Notes: generated from the letters alone by a model not told the origin. Positions 41,080 through 54,233 are shown, counted from the stretch's first letter. The stretch is 64,000 nt of DNA from Nitrospirota bacterium (GCA_963663225.1 OY760142.1:2048001-2112000), one strand, 5' to 3'. Translations and numbers: made by a program.

Positions 41080-41177
41080 AAGCAACTACTGCAATCTGAG
41101 CGGGAAGTAACTGCACCGAAAAGATGTTGCCGTGCGGGGCGGCTTTTTCCGAATTCTGAAACTTTTTTATTCCGGAG

Positions 41178-41723
41178 ATGAAGCACATGCAGAAACATTC
41201 AAGAACCAAAATCACGGCTGTTTTACTGACGCTGTTTATGATTATGTCGGCCTGCGGCTACCGATTGACGCCGGTGGGAGGCGTTGTGCCGGAACAGGCG
41301 AGAACCATTGCCATTCCGGTGTTTCAGAACGGGACAAATGAACCATACCTGGATACGCTGCTGACCCAGGCCACGGTGGAAGAGTTCCTTGCGGACGGCA
41401 GACTGAAGGTGGTTGTTCCCGATGATGCGGATCTTATCCTGCGCTGCCGAATAACTAAATTTGACATGACCCCCACTGCCTACACTGCCAATTCCTATGT
41501 TCAGACGTATAATCTCGGCGTTACGCTGAACCTGACGCTCGAAGACACGAAAACAAGAAAAATATTGCTGACAGAAAAGAATCTCAATCTGCTCTTTATC
41601 TCTTCCTATCCGGTGACTCTGGGGGACATCGCAGCCACAAAGATCGCAAAGGAAGGAGCTCTGCGAAACGCAAGCAAAGACATTGCTTCAACCATTCGGA
41701 GCAAAGTACTGGAGGGCTTTTAA
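41178..41723 (+). CDS. lptE: LPS assembly lipoprotein LptE
   Basis: SACGY lipobox; leuS-lptE-holA synteny. Confidence 0.88.
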   Translation: MKHMQKHSRTKITAVLLTLFMIMSACGYRLTPVGGVVPEQARTIAIPVFQNGTNEPYLDTLLTQATVEEFLADGRLKVVVPDDADLILRCRITKFDMTPTAYTANSYVQTYNLGVTLNLTLEDTKTRKILLTEKNLNLLFISSYPVTLGDIAATKIAKEGALRNASKDIASTIRSKVLEGF

Positions 41724-41754
41724 TTTTTTGCATCGTGAACACGATTAACCTACC

Positions 41755-42774
41755 ATGACTAAATACGTTGACTTAATGCGCAGTCTTAAACAGGGCAGCA
41801 TCCTTCCGCTGTACTTGTTTTTTGGTGAAGAAGAATTTCTTATCCAGGAGGCGCTTGACCTGCTTGTCAGGCGCGTCGTCAATCCTGATGTTAGAGATTT
41901 TAACTTTTCTCTGATCTATTGCCGCGACACCTCTGCTTCCGAACTGGTAGCCCTAGCCCAGACCCTTCCTTTTTTGACTGAAAAACGACTTGTTATTGCA
42001 AAGGAAATTGACGCCTTCAAGGCGGCTGACCTTGAAGAACTGATACCGTATCTTAATAATCCTTCACCAAGTACCTGCCTCGTGCTGGTGTCTAATCAGG
42101 CCCGGTATGAGAAAAAACCCGTGCTCAATGCCGTGGAGACCCATGGAGCGGTAACAAGATTTTTCCCTCTCCTGGACCGGGAAATTATCGTCTGGATCAA
42201 CGATTGGGCATCAGCGCGCAAATTATCGTTAGAACGCGATGCGGGCCAGTATCTCTCGCAAATAACCGGCAATGATCTCCAGAAGATAAAAAATGAGCTC
42301 GAAAAAGTAGAAATTTTTATAAAAGAGAAAAAGACAATTACCGTTGATGACGTCAAAACGGTCGTGGGAGATTTCCGGGAATACAGCACGTTTGATCTGG
42401 CAACAGCATTAGGGCAGAAAAACAGGGAAAAGGCTTTCTTGATCCTTTCGCGGTTGATTCAGGAAGGGGAGCAGCCGGTGGGGCTGCTTGGCGCAATTGC
42501 GTGGAACTTTCGAAGGCTTATGCGCGCCAAAGCCCTCGAGGCCTCCGGGATCAGCTACGAGGAAATCAAGAAAAAGCTGCAGATTATTTTCCATCAATCA
42601 TTTTCTTTTCAGGAACAGATGCGGCATTTCAGCATGGAGGAACTGCGTGCGGTGTTCGACATCCTTCTGACGGCGGACAAGGCGCTCAAGTCAGGCAGTT
42701 TGAACAATCGGCTGGTGCTTGAACGGTTGATTTTGAAGCTGTGCGGAGAGCAGAGCGTAGTGTCGAGGAGTTGA
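41755..42774 (+). CDS. holA: DNA polymerase III subunit delta
   Basis: YLFFGEE, TLPF...RLVI, NELEK; synteny. Confidence 0.95.
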   Translation: MTKYVDLMRSLKQGSILPLYLFFGEEEFLIQEALDLLVRRVVNPDVRDFNFSLIYCRDTSASELVALAQTLPFLTEKRLVIAKEIDAFKAADLEELIPYLNNPSPSTCLVLVSNQARYEKKPVLNAVETHGAVTRFFPLLDREIIVWINDWASARKLSLERDAGQYLSQITGNDLQKIKNELEKVEIFIKEKKTITVDDVKTVVGDFREYSTFDLATALGQKNREKAFLILSRLIQEGEQPVGLLGAIAWNFRRLMRAKALEASGISYEEIKKKLQIIFHQSFSFQEQMRHFSMEELRAVFDILLTADKALKSGSLNNRLVLERLILKLCGEQSVVSRS

Positions 42775-42871
42775 AACACCGGAGATTAGAGGATAAGAGG
42801 GTACGTTCAAAGACTATCGTGTTGCGCAAGCCTTCTCCACCTCTAATCTGTTCATGAGTGCAGGTATGCTA

Positions 42872-43141
42872 CTAGGCCGCGGTAATCTTGCTGACCTTGG
42901 TTGATAGGCGGGATATCTTCCGGGAGGCGGTGCTTTTATGCAGAATCCCCTGGGATGCGGCCTTATCATACGCTTTCATGGCTTTGACCATGGCGTCTTT
43001 TGCTGCTTCCGCGTTTTTTGATTCAACTGCCTGCTCGACCTTCTTTGCAAGGGTCTTGAGCGCGGATTTCACGGAATTATTGATAAGGTGCTTTTTTTCT
43101 GCCTGTTTCTGCCTTTTGATTGCTGATTTGTGCGTTGCCAC
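42872..43141 (-). CDS. rpsT: 30S ribosomal protein S20
   Basis: ATHKSAIKR...GILHKSTASRKISRL; GTG start after GGAGG. Confidence 0.96.
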   Translation of the reverse strand: MATHKSAIKRQKQAEKKHLINNSVKSALKTLAKKVEQAVESKNAEAAKDAMVKAMKAYDKAASQGILHKSTASRKISRLSTKVSKITAA

Positions 43142-43282
43142 TTCGTAGGCCTCCTTAAATTTAAAAACAGATATGTCTTTTAACATAAAGAACGGTTGGG
43201 TGTCAAGAAAAAAAACCTTTTCTTACCGGGTGTTTTCTGGTAAAGTTACCACTTATTTTTGACTTGTCAGAGGTAGAACAGC

Positions 43283-44866
43283 ATGTCGGAACAGGTAAAG
43301 GTTGCCAAAGCCGCAGGGGTCATCGGGACTGCCACCCTGGCATCCCGCGTACTGGGATATGTCCGCGACATGGTTATGTCCTGGGCTTTCGGCACTGGTA
43401 TTGCCGCCGATGCATTCTATGTGGCGTACCGTATCCCGAACCTTCTGCGGGAACTGCTTGCAGAAGGCTCGATGTCCGCCGCTTTTATCCCTGTTTTTAC
43501 GGAAACGCTTACCAAGGAGTCACGGGAGAGCGCACTTCGCCTGGCAAACGCCATGTTCGCGCGTCTGCTTTTGATTCTTCTTATTCTGACCGTCCTGGGC
43601 ATTATTTTTGCTCCCTATGTGGTCAAAGTGATTGCCGGCGGCTGGGCATACAAGGCGGAACAGGACAAATACCTTCTTGGCGTTACGCTTACGAGGATCA
43701 TGTTCCCGTATCTTTTATTCATCGGGCTTGCGGCGCTCGCCATGGGCATGCTCAATTCGCTTCGCTCTTTCTTTGCGCCTGCGATTTCACCCGTTCTTCT
43801 GAATATCATGACCATTACTGCGGTGGTTTTAAGCCTCCGGTTTCTGTCAGAGCCGATTTTCGGTGTTGCCGTCGGTGTCGTGCTCGGCGGTCTCTGTCAA
43901 TTTCTGGTCCAAATCCCGGGGTTGCGGAAACAGGGAATGATGATCCGGCCGCAGTTTGAGCCCTCGCACCACGGCGTCAGTACCATTACGAGGCTTGCGG
44001 CGCCGGTGTTTTTCAGCTCCTCGGTTAATCAGTTCAATATTCTTATCGGCACAATATTTGCCTCGTTTTTGGCGACCGGGAGCATTGCGTACCTCTTCTA
44101 CGGAATGAGATTCATTCATTTCCCTCTGGGTATTTTCGGTATTGCCCTCGCCACGGCCGTGCTGCCAACCATGTCTGCGCAGGCCGCCAGGAGTGAGACC
44201 GAAAACTTCCGCGAGACTCTTTCCCTCGGCCTGCGGCTTGTGTTTTTCGTGATGTTTCCGGCCATGGCCGGTCTTATCACGCTCCGCGTGCCGATTGTGC
44301 AGCTGTTGCTTGAACATGGCCAATTCGACCGGATATCCACGCAGGGGACGGCCGTTGCCATTCTGTATTATGCGGTAGGTCTCTGGGCCTTTGCAGGTGT
44401 ACGGATCGTCGCACAGGCGTTTTATGCGCTTCAAGACACCCGGACGCCGGTCGCCATCGCAGTTGTTGCCCTGTTTACGAATATCCTCTTGAGCGCGGTT
44501 TTTGTCTTCTGGACACCGCTGCAGCACGGAGGTTTGGCGCTTGCTACATCGCTTTCGGCAATGGTCAACATTACGATGCTTACGCTGCTGCTCAGGAAAA
44601 AGATCGGCCGCATGGATGGGACGAGAATATTCAAGTCATTGCTGAAGATCATTCCTGTGTCTGCCGCGATGGGGCTGATCGGCTGGATGATCAGCAAACA
44701 GCCGGTGTGGCAAACAGGCGGCAACACCCTGCTGAAGGCAGCGCTGCTTTTCGGCGGAATGTCCTTGTGTTTCCTCTTCTATGTTGCGGCCATGTGGTTG
44801 TTGCGCAGCGAAGAACTGAGATTCATGTGGGATATTGTAAAAAGAAAAACGAGGACAAAAAGCTAG
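43283..44866 (+). CDS. murJ: Lipid II flippase MurJ
   Basis: SRVLGYVRD, RIPNLLRELLAEG, FYALQDTRTP. Confidence 0.97.
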   Translation: MSEQVKVAKAAGVIGTATLASRVLGYVRDMVMSWAFGTGIAADAFYVAYRIPNLLRELLAEGSMSAAFIPVFTETLTKESRESALRLANAMFARLLLILLILTVLGIIFAPYVVKVIAGGWAYKAEQDKYLLGVTLTRIMFPYLLFIGLAALAMGMLNSLRSFFAPAISPVLLNIMTITAVVLSLRFLSEPIFGVAVGVVLGGLCQFLVQIPGLRKQGMMIRPQFEPSHHGVSTITRLAAPVFFSSSVNQFNILIGTIFASFLATGSIAYLFYGMRFIHFPLGIFGIALATAVLPTMSAQAARSETENFRETLSLGLRLVFFVMFPAMAGLITLRVPIVQLLLEHGQFDRISTQGTAVAILYYAVGLWAFAGVRIVAQAFYALQDTRTPVAIAVVALFTNILLSAVFVFWTPLQHGGLALATSLSAMVNITMLTLLLRKKIGRMDGTRIFKSLLKIIPVSAAMGLIGWMISKQPVWQTGGNTLLKAALLFGGMSLCFLFYVAAMWLLRSEELRFMWDIVKRKTRTKS

Positions 44867-44883
44867 ACCGCGAGGACCGGAAC

Positions 44884-45432
44884 ATGCCGCATGATTGCAA
44901 TCACGCTTTTTTTAAAACACCGTTCGGCTGGGCGGGAGTGAAAGTATCAAGCCGGGGAGTGTGCCGGGTTATTCTGCCGAAAAAGGACAAAAAAACTGCT
45001 GAAGAGGAAATGCGACGAGTAAAGTTGCCTCGCTCCCGCCATAAGCAGCATTCTGCACAGAATGGATTGCCCGAATCGTGCGACCCGGCTCTCCTGAAGG
45101 AAACAATTCTTTTTCTCCGGGCATACTTCACCGGAAAGTGCATTTTATTTGATATTCCGGTCGATACGCGTTATTATACGCCCTTCCAGCGGGCGGTTTG
45201 GGGAGCAACGGCGGACATCCCGTATGGCGAGACACGCTCCTATGGCTGGGTGGCAAAAAAAATCGGAAATCCAAAATCCATGCGGGCAGTAGGACAGGCG
45301 CTCGGCGCAAACCCTGTCCCGATTATAATCCCCTGCCATCGCGTTCTCCGGTCAACGGGCGAACTTGGCGGTTTCGGCAGCGGCTTGCCCATGAAAAAAA
45401 AGCTGCTGGCATTGGAATTATCAGAGAAATAA
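44884..45432 (+). CDS. ogt: Methylated-DNA--protein-cysteine methyltransferase
   Basis: IPYGETRSY, RAVG, NP...PCHRV. Confidence 0.95.
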   Translation: MPHDCNHAFFKTPFGWAGVKVSSRGVCRVILPKKDKKTAEEEMRRVKLPRSRHKQHSAQNGLPESCDPALLKETILFLRAYFTGKCILFDIPVDTRYYTPFQRAVWGATADIPYGETRSYGWVAKKIGNPKSMRAVGQALGANPVPIIIPCHRVLRSTGELGGFGSGLPMKKKLLALELSEK

Positions 45433-45517
45433 TACGAGACGGCGGCAACGAAATACGACGGAAGATGGTGTGCCGCCGCAATTCAGGTTCTATTTTTCCT
45501 ACGAAAGGTTGTGAAAC

Positions 45518-47796
<2,279 letters not shown>

Positions 47797-47901
47797 GAAG
47801 CGACAACCGGCTGCGGAAACGATTATAATCAACTGCGGAGGCGCGAAGAACACAAAGAATATCCAATCTTTGAAGACTTCGCGCTTTTCTTTTGGGAGCG
47901 T

Positions 47902-48852
47902 ATGACGAAAAAAATTTCCGTTGGAATCAGTGCCTGCCTCCTGGGGGAAAAAGTCCGGTACGACGGCGGACACAAGCTCGATCATTATCTCCGTGACACG
48001 CTCGGACAATTTGTGGAATGGGTCCCGGTTTGCCCGGAAGTGGAATCAGGACTATCCGTGCCGAGAGAAGCGATGCACCTGCAGGGTAATCCGAAGTCTC
48101 CCCGTCTGGTCACCAAAAGCAGCGGCGTCGATCATACGGACCGCATGAACCGCTGGACAGAGAAAAAACTGGCCGGACCGAGGAGCCGGAATCTCTGCGG
48201 ATTTGTTTTTAAAAGCCGCTCCCCCAGTTCTGGAATGCAGGGAGTAACAGTATACGGCCGCTCCGGAAAAGTAGCCGGAAAAAGTGCCGGGATTTTTGCA
48301 AAAATGTTCAGGGAGCGTTTCCCCCTTATACCCGTGGAGGATGAGGGACGATTACAGGACCCGGGTATACGGGAGAATTTTATTGAACGGGTCTTTGTTT
48401 TTCATCGGTGGCAGGAGCTCTTGCGGGAGGGCGTATCAGCAGGTTCGCTGGTTGCCTTCCATACGGACCATAAACTGCTTGTTATGTCCCACAGTACTGT
48501 TCATCTGCGCAAACTTGGCGCGATCGTTTCCCGTTCAAAACAATATCCACGACCGGTGCTGGAGGAACGGTATTGTGCTGCCCTTATGGAAGGGTTGCGT
48601 CTTTGTGCAACCGTCCGAAAGCATACAAATGTGCTGCAGCATTTGGCGGGATATTTTAAGCAACTGCTGTCATCCGATGAAAAAAAAGAGCTGAATGAAC
48701 TCATCATGCACTATCGAGAAGGGTTTCTGCCGTTGCTTGTCCCGATCACGCTGCTGAAGCATTACGCGAACAAATTTAATGAGTCCTATCTTCTGCGTCA
48801 GCATTATCTTAAGCCTCACCCTCTTGAACTTATGCTCAGAAACCATGCCTGA
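47902..48852 (+). CDS. DUF523/DUF1722 (YbgA-like) protein
   Basis: SACLLGEKVRYDGGH, CPEVE, SPSSG, NVLQHLAGYFK. Confidence 0.92.
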   Translation: MTKKISVGISACLLGEKVRYDGGHKLDHYLRDTLGQFVEWVPVCPEVESGLSVPREAMHLQGNPKSPRLVTKSSGVDHTDRMNRWTEKKLAGPRSRNLCGFVFKSRSPSSGMQGVTVYGRSGKVAGKSAGIFAKMFRERFPLIPVEDEGRLQDPGIRENFIERVFVFHRWQELLREGVSAGSLVAFHTDHKLLVMSHSTVHLRKLGAIVSRSKQYPRPVLEERYCAALMEGLRLCATVRKHTNVLQHLAGYFKQLLSSDEKKELNELIMHYREGFLPLLVPITLLKHYANKFNESYLLRQHYLKPHPLELMLRNHA

Positions 48853-48977
48853 TGCGATCTGCCAGGAGAAAGGCATTGCTTCATACTTTTTTTGTGAGGT
48901 GAGGAAATGACGCTTCTCTTTAGAGAGCCGGTTTTTCTGATTAGTTCTTGAATATTCTTACGGAGAAACGAAAAAAC

Positions 48978-50813
48978 ATGAACATAGTGGAACGACTAAA
49001 ACAGGAATTGCTGACCGGCGACGGTGCCGCAGGTACGATGTTTTATGCGAAAGGAATCAACCTTGACAGGAACTTTGAGCATTTAAACATCACCAGACCT
49101 GACCTGGTGCTGGAACTGGCCATTGAGTATGTTGCCGCGGGGGCCCAGGTGATCGAGACGAACACCTTCGGCGCGAACATCACCAAGCTGGACCCCATAG
49201 GTCTTGGAAACAACTTGACGGAAATCAATATTGCCGGTGCGCGTATCGCGCGCGATGCCGCAAACCGCGGCCGTAACATTCTGGTGGCGGGATCTGTGGG
49301 GCCGCTTGCCCGAACCAGAGGGGAAGAGCGGGAGCCAAGCACAGAAGAAATGCTGCAATTCTTTCACACCCAGTGCAAGGCTTTGGCAGCAGGCGGTGTC
49401 GATTTCCTTCTGCTCGAAACCTTCACATCGCTATCGCAGCTTCGGGCCGCCGTCAACGCCGCCCGACAAACGGGCCTGCCTGTCTGTGCAATGATGGCTT
49501 TTCAGGAAGGGGGGCGCAGCGGAGACGGGACCACCGTGGAAAAATTCTGCGAAGCAATGGAGCAGTCTCTCGTAGACATGGTCGGCGCCAACTGCGGCGC
49601 AGGCCCCCGGGAACTCGTTATGGTCGTGCGCAGGCTTGCCGCCCTGACGGAGAAACCGATTGCAGCGTATGCCAACAGCGGTTTTCCGGAGTATCACGAC
49701 GGCCGCTATATTTACCGGGCAACTCCAGATTATTTCGCGGTCATGGCGAAGGAAATGGCCGAAGAAGGAGCAAACCTGATCGGCGGCTGTTGCGGCACCA
49801 CGCCCGAACACATCGCGGCAATTTCCCGGTCTCTTACAGGAAGGAAGCCTGCCGAGCGTTCAAGCAGAGCAACTGCTCCCGTGGCTGAATCCGTACCGTC
49901 TGCACGACGCGGAACGTCGTCGTTTCTGGATGCCTGGGGATGCCGGAAAGTCATTACCGTTGAACTCGATCCCCCAAAGGGCATGGACTGCGGACGCATT
50001 CTGGAGGGAAGCCGCCGCCTCAAAGAGGCAGGAGTTGACGCTATTAATATTGCTGAAAATCCCCTGGCGCGTCCGCGGATGGGCAATATCGCATTGGGAA
50101 GCATCATCCAGCAGCAGATGGGAATAGAAGTTATCATTCATATCACCGGACGGGACCGCAATCTGATCGGCATGCAGTCCGATTTAATGGGGGCCAGTTT
50201 GCTCGGAATCCGTTCGATCCTTGCCGTCACAGGCGATCCTGCCAGCATGGGCGATCATGCGGGGGCAAAATCTGTTTTTGACCTGCATTCATTCACCTTA
50301 ATCAAACTGCTGGCGGACATGAACCGGGGGATCAACGCCATCGGCGGTTCTATCGGCGCCGGGACCAGGTTCACCATCGGCGCGGCGTTTAATCCCAACG
50401 CGAAGAACATTGCAGCGCAGGCAGAACGGTTGCGTAAAAAGGTGGCAAACGGCGCAGTTTTCGCACAGACCCAGCCGGTTTATGATCCGGAATTGCTCTT
50501 CACCGCGAATAATCTGGTTCGTGACTGCGGCATCCCGGTTCTGCCTGGTGTTTTGCCGCTGATCAGCGAACGCAATGCGGAATATCTTCACAACGAGGTG
50601 CCGGGGATCTCGATTCCCACGGAAATACGAGCCCGGATGAAAGGACTGGAAAAAGAGGCGGGAATCCGGGAAGGGATCAGGATTGCGAAGGAATTCATTG
50701 ATACCACGTTTGAATCCGTCGGCGGCTACTATCTCGTGCCCCCTTTTGGAAAGTTTGAAACGGCACTGGAGCTGGTCGACTATGTCCATCGGAAGGAGGA
50801 AAGGCGCTCGTGA
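48978..50813 (+). CDS. yitJ: Bifunctional homocysteine S-methyltransferase / methylenetetrahydrofolate reductase (YitJ-like)
   Basis: GANCG, GGCCGTTP, ELDPPK, TQPVYD, NEVPGI. Confidence 0.93.
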   Translation: MNIVERLKQELLTGDGAAGTMFYAKGINLDRNFEHLNITRPDLVLELAIEYVAAGAQVIETNTFGANITKLDPIGLGNNLTEINIAGARIARDAANRGRNILVAGSVGPLARTRGEEREPSTEEMLQFFHTQCKALAAGGVDFLLLETFTSLSQLRAAVNAARQTGLPVCAMMAFQEGGRSGDGTTVEKFCEAMEQSLVDMVGANCGAGPRELVMVVRRLAALTEKPIAAYANSGFPEYHDGRYIYRATPDYFAVMAKEMAEEGANLIGGCCGTTPEHIAAISRSLTGRKPAERSSRATAPVAESVPSARRGTSSFLDAWGCRKVITVELDPPKGMDCGRILEGSRRLKEAGVDAINIAENPLARPRMGNIALGSIIQQQMGIEVIIHITGRDRNLIGMQSDLMGASLLGIRSILAVTGDPASMGDHAGAKSVFDLHSFTLIKLLADMNRGINAIGGSIGAGTRFTIGAAFNPNAKNIAAQAERLRKKVANGAVFAQTQPVYDPELLFTANNLVRDCGIPVLPGVLPLISERNAEYLHNEVPGISIPTEIRARMKGLEKEAGIREGIRIAKEFIDTTFESVGGYYLVPPFGKFETALELVDYVHRKEERRS

Positions 50814-51775
50814 AAAAAATTGTAAGACCGGTTTTTCTTCTGACAACTGTCTTGCTTTTACACGCTTGCGCAATTGAGCCGTATAACCATGAAGACATCC
50901 GGTCGGTCAAAGTAATTCCGGATTGGAACCTGCCTTCGCCGTTTCATCCCGTGCCCGCGGTTGACACGCTGAACCCTGTCCTTACTGCCCGCGATATCAT
51001 TGACGTTCCTGATGCCCAGTTTGTTGCCGACCCCTTTCTTTACTTTGATGGCAATACGTGGCATATGTTCTTTGAAATTTTCAGGTCCGGCATAGACCGG
51101 GGGGTGATAGGCCATGCCACGAGCCTTGACGGGACTCGCTGGACATACGACAGGATTGTCCTGACCGCAACCTGGCATTTATCGTATCCTCAGATTTTTT
51201 CAGTTAAGGGCAATTTTTATATGATACCTGAGGCCAGGCGATCGGGTAGTGTCATCATATACAAGGCGCGGAACTTTCCTTACGGCTGGGAGCCTGTTGC
51301 CACATTCCAGCTGAAAGGCCTTCTGGACCCGTCGGTGGTTTACTATCATGGGCTGTGGTGGATGTTTGTTTCTGATTCACAATTTAATCTTTATCTTTAT
51401 TATGCGGACGATCCGCTGGCCGGCTGGACTGAACATCCCATGAGTCCGATCAGAAGCGGCCGGGCACTGTCCCGTTGCGGTGGTCGGTCATTTGTGTGGC
51501 AGGGGGATATAATCAGAATTGCGCAGGAATCAACGGAAACAGCGTATGGCGTTTCCGTACGGGCCTTCCGGATAAATCATCTTAGCAAGACGTCGTATGA
51601 AGAATATGAACAGAAAGAAAGTCCCCTTTTGCGCGGCAGCGGCGCCGGCTGGAACGCCGGAGGGATGCACCATTATGATCCCTGGCTCGCGGATGGCCGG
51701 TGGCTTATTGCCGTGGATGGCTGGGGAGAAGGCGTTTTTGCGCCGTGGAGCATCGGTATTTTTACTTCACAGTAA
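50810..51775 (+). CDS. Lipoprotein with five-bladed beta-propeller glycosidase-like domain
   Basis: LHAC lipobox; FVADPF, HLSYPQIF, MIPE, LLDP, GMHH. Confidence 0.75.
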   Translation: MKKIVRPVFLLTTVLLLHACAIEPYNHEDIRSVKVIPDWNLPSPFHPVPAVDTLNPVLTARDIIDVPDAQFVADPFLYFDGNTWHMFFEIFRSGIDRGVIGHATSLDGTRWTYDRIVLTATWHLSYPQIFSVKGNFYMIPEARRSGSVIIYKARNFPYGWEPVATFQLKGLLDPSVVYYHGLWWMFVSDSQFNLYLYYADDPLAGWTEHPMSPIRSGRALSRCGGRSFVWQGDIIRIAQESTETAYGVSVRAFRINHLSKTSYEEYEQKESPLLRGSGAGWNAGGMHHYDPWLADGRWLIAVDGWGEGVFAPWSIGIFTSQ

Positions 51776-51881
51776 AAGATTGAAGTCGTAACACCACAAA
51801 ACTATGCAGGAAAGGATGCTTCAAATAGTTATTATTTTTACGGAAAAAACTCACCAGATGCTTTTCACATAAATTTTTGTA

Positions 51882-51909
51882 TTGACATATTAAATTATTG
51901 GTTTAGTAT
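51882..51909 (+). promoter_or_regulatory. Putative sigma70 promoter
   Basis: TTGACA, 16 nt, TAGTAT. Confidence 0.5.
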
Positions 51910-52001
51910 GTGTATAAAGTTATCACGTTGTTTTTAGTATGTGCGGTGCTGGCCGGATCCCCCTGGCCAGTTGTAACAATCAGTCGGTATGGTGAAGATT
52001 A

Positions 52002-52337
52002 ATGTCTCTGATCAAGGGGTATACTATTTTTTTTCGGCTTCTTCTTTTCTGTCTTGCAGCAGTCTGCATATTGGCTGCCTGCCACCAGAAAACGGCGAAT
52101 AAGACTCCATCGTTGCCACCTCCTGCTCTCGAAACCGTCGACATGGCCCTGATCCAGGATTACTACAACCAGGGGCTGCAATTTTATGCAGATGAAAACT
52201 TTTTGGAAGCAAAACATGCCTGGTTGCAGGTCATCAAACTGGGGCCCAAAACACAGCTCGCCGACAGGGCGCGTGTCTATGTAAAAAAAGTCAACCGGAT
52301 GCTGAAAACCCTGAAAGAAATCGAAAAAAAACAATGA
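52002..52337 (+). CDS. Small TPR-like lipoprotein
   Basis: LAAC lipobox; YNQGLQFY...EAKHAW...LGP. Confidence 0.75.
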   Translation: MSLIKGYTIFFRLLLFCLAAVCILAACHQKTANKTPSLPPPALETVDMALIQDYYNQGLQFYADENFLEAKHAWLQVIKLGPKTQLADRARVYVKKVNRMLKTLKEIEKKQ

Positions 52338-52376
52338 CCGAAATACGCCGCAAAAAAGCGTAGCAGCGCACCGAAT

Positions 52377-54233
52377 ATGGATCAGCAGCCAAAACAACAT
52401 ATTCCGAAAAGGAAATCAAAACATTTCTTTGACCTGGTCGTTCTCGGTTTTGCTGAAACCTGCGATCAGCTGTTCAACGGCTATATCAAACGGACCTTTC
52501 TCTTCAGATTCCTCTCCTCAATCAGTATCCGCTACAAAATAGCGGCCACGATAACCATTCTTCTTGCGCTGACTGTTTTTTCGCTCGGCTATGTGACGTT
52601 TACCCGCCAGACCGCAATCCTCCGCCAGGAGATGCAGAACCGGGCTGAAGTGCTTGTTCAGCAGCTTGCGTCCGCCGGCAAGGAAGGAATCCTGACAAAA
52701 CAGGAGCTGCATGTTTATTCCACCATAGCGGAAATCCAGAAAAAATCCGGTGTGGTCTATGCGATGGTTGTGGACCCGCAAGGGGCCGTTTTTATACACA
52801 GCGTACTTGAGATGAAGGGAAAAATGCTGGTGGGAAAAGCGGACAAGGCGGCCATGAGTGCTGAAGACCTCCTGTTCCAGGAAACTATCCATGAGGGACG
52901 GCCGGTGCTGGATGCAACGTATCCGATCGTATTCAAGCCAAAGAACATAAAGATCGGCATTGCCAGAATCGGGCTTTCGGAAGAGGCCCTGCACGCGGCC
53001 ATCAGAAAGCAAAAAATCATATTTTTCTGGATATCCATCGGTTTTATCGGGGCCGGTCTCCTGCTTTCATTCGGCCTGGCCAGAATCCTGACAAAATCCA
53101 TCTGCACGCTTGAGGAAGGCATGCGCCGGGTGGCGATGGGCGACCTGAGCCGGCAGGTGGCGGCCCCGTACCGGGATGAAATCGGACGGCTCACCGAAGT
53201 GTTCAATCAGATGATTCTCGGCCTGCGGGAAAAACTGCATATGGAAAAATACCTTTCCCGTTCAACCGTGAGAAGCATTAAGAAAAACCGCGACATATCT
53301 CACTTGAAACTGGGAGGAAGAAAAAAGCATGTGACTGCGCTTTTTTCCGATGTTCGTGGGTTCACCGCCCTTTCGGAGCGCATGAGACCGGAGGAAGTGG
53401 TAAAGCTTTTAAACATTTATCTGAACCTGCAGGGAAAAGTGATCAGGCAGTGGGGCGGTGTCGTCGACAAGTTTATCGGCGATGAAGTGATGGCCATTTT
53501 TGAAGGGCAGGGGGCCGAAATCAATGCCGTGAGATCGGCCGTTGAAATCCAGCGCTACTGTGAATCCCTGAATTGGGCGCGCGCAAAAACCGGCCAGAAG
53601 CAGCTACAGATCGGAATCGGATTGAACAGCGGTGAAGTCGTGATGGGGAATATGGGGTCTGAAGAACAGATGGACTACACGGTGATCGGGGACAATGTGA
53701 ATGTCGCTGCGCGATTATGCAGTATAGCGCTGCCCGGCCAGATCGTCATCAGCAAGGTCATTGCCGATCTGGTAGGAGACCTGGCCACCGTAACAAAACT
53801 TGAACCTGTCATGGTAAAAGGAAAGGACAAACTGCTGGAGGTATACAACGTCACTGACGTAAAAGGTTCCACCAGAAAATACATGCGGCAGACAACGGAA
53901 ACACCCGTCGTATACTATCCCGCCGATCTTCCGAATGAGATGCAGCGTGCGGTCGCAAAGAACATCAGCCCCTCGGGGTGTCTTCTGGAGGTCGCCGCTC
54001 CGATTCCTGCCGCTACCCGACTTTGCATGGAGATCGACCACAAGTGCTTTCATGGCCTGAAGCTCAGGGCAGTAGTGCATCACGCGAAAAAAATGTATTC
54101 CAAACACTTTGTTGTCGTGCGGTTCGAAGAATTGGATGAAGCTTCCAAATACGGTATTATTGCCTGGGTCCATGAAGTGGAATCGGACATCATTGATACC
54201 GTTGCATCTCCCTCTCCAGTGGAAACTTTCTGA
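52377..54233 (+). CDS. Membrane class III adenylate cyclase with HAMP and C-terminal PilZ
   Basis: FSDVRGFT, DKFIGD, DYTVIGDNVNVAARL; PilZ motifs RKYMR and NISPSG. Confidence 0.9.
   Translation: MDQQPKQHIPKRKSKHFFDLVVLGFAETCDQLFNGYIKRTFLFRFLSSISIRYKIAATITILLALTVFSLGYVTFTRQTAILRQEMQNRAEVLVQQLASAGKEGILTKQELHVYSTIAEIQKKSGVVYAMVVDPQGAVFIHSVLEMKGKMLVGKADKAAMSAEDLLFQETIHEGRPVLDATYPIVFKPKNIKIGIARIGLSEEALHAAIRKQKIIFFWISIGFIGAGLLLSFGLARILTKSICTLEEGMRRVAMGDLSRQVAAPYRDEIGRLTEVFNQMILGLREKLHMEKYLSRSTVRSIKKNRDISHLKLGGRKKHVTALFSDVRGFTALSERMRPEEVVKLLNIYLNLQGKVIRQWGGVVDKFIGDEVMAIFEGQGAEINAVRSAVEIQRYCESLNWARAKTGQKQLQIGIGLNSGEVVMGNMGSEEQMDYTVIGDNVNVAARLCSIALPGQIVISKVIADLVGDLATVTKLEPVMVKGKDKLLEVYNVTDVKGSTRKYMRQTTETPVVYYPADLPNEMQRAVAKNISPSGCLLEVAAPIPAATRLCMEIDHKCFHGLKLRAVVHHAKKMYSKHFVVVRFEELDEASKYGIIAWVHEVESDIIDTVASPSPVETF

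Noticed and set aside
48853-48977. SAM riboswitch upstream of the yitJ-like gene
   Set aside because: No SAM-I core motifs or terminator architecture visible
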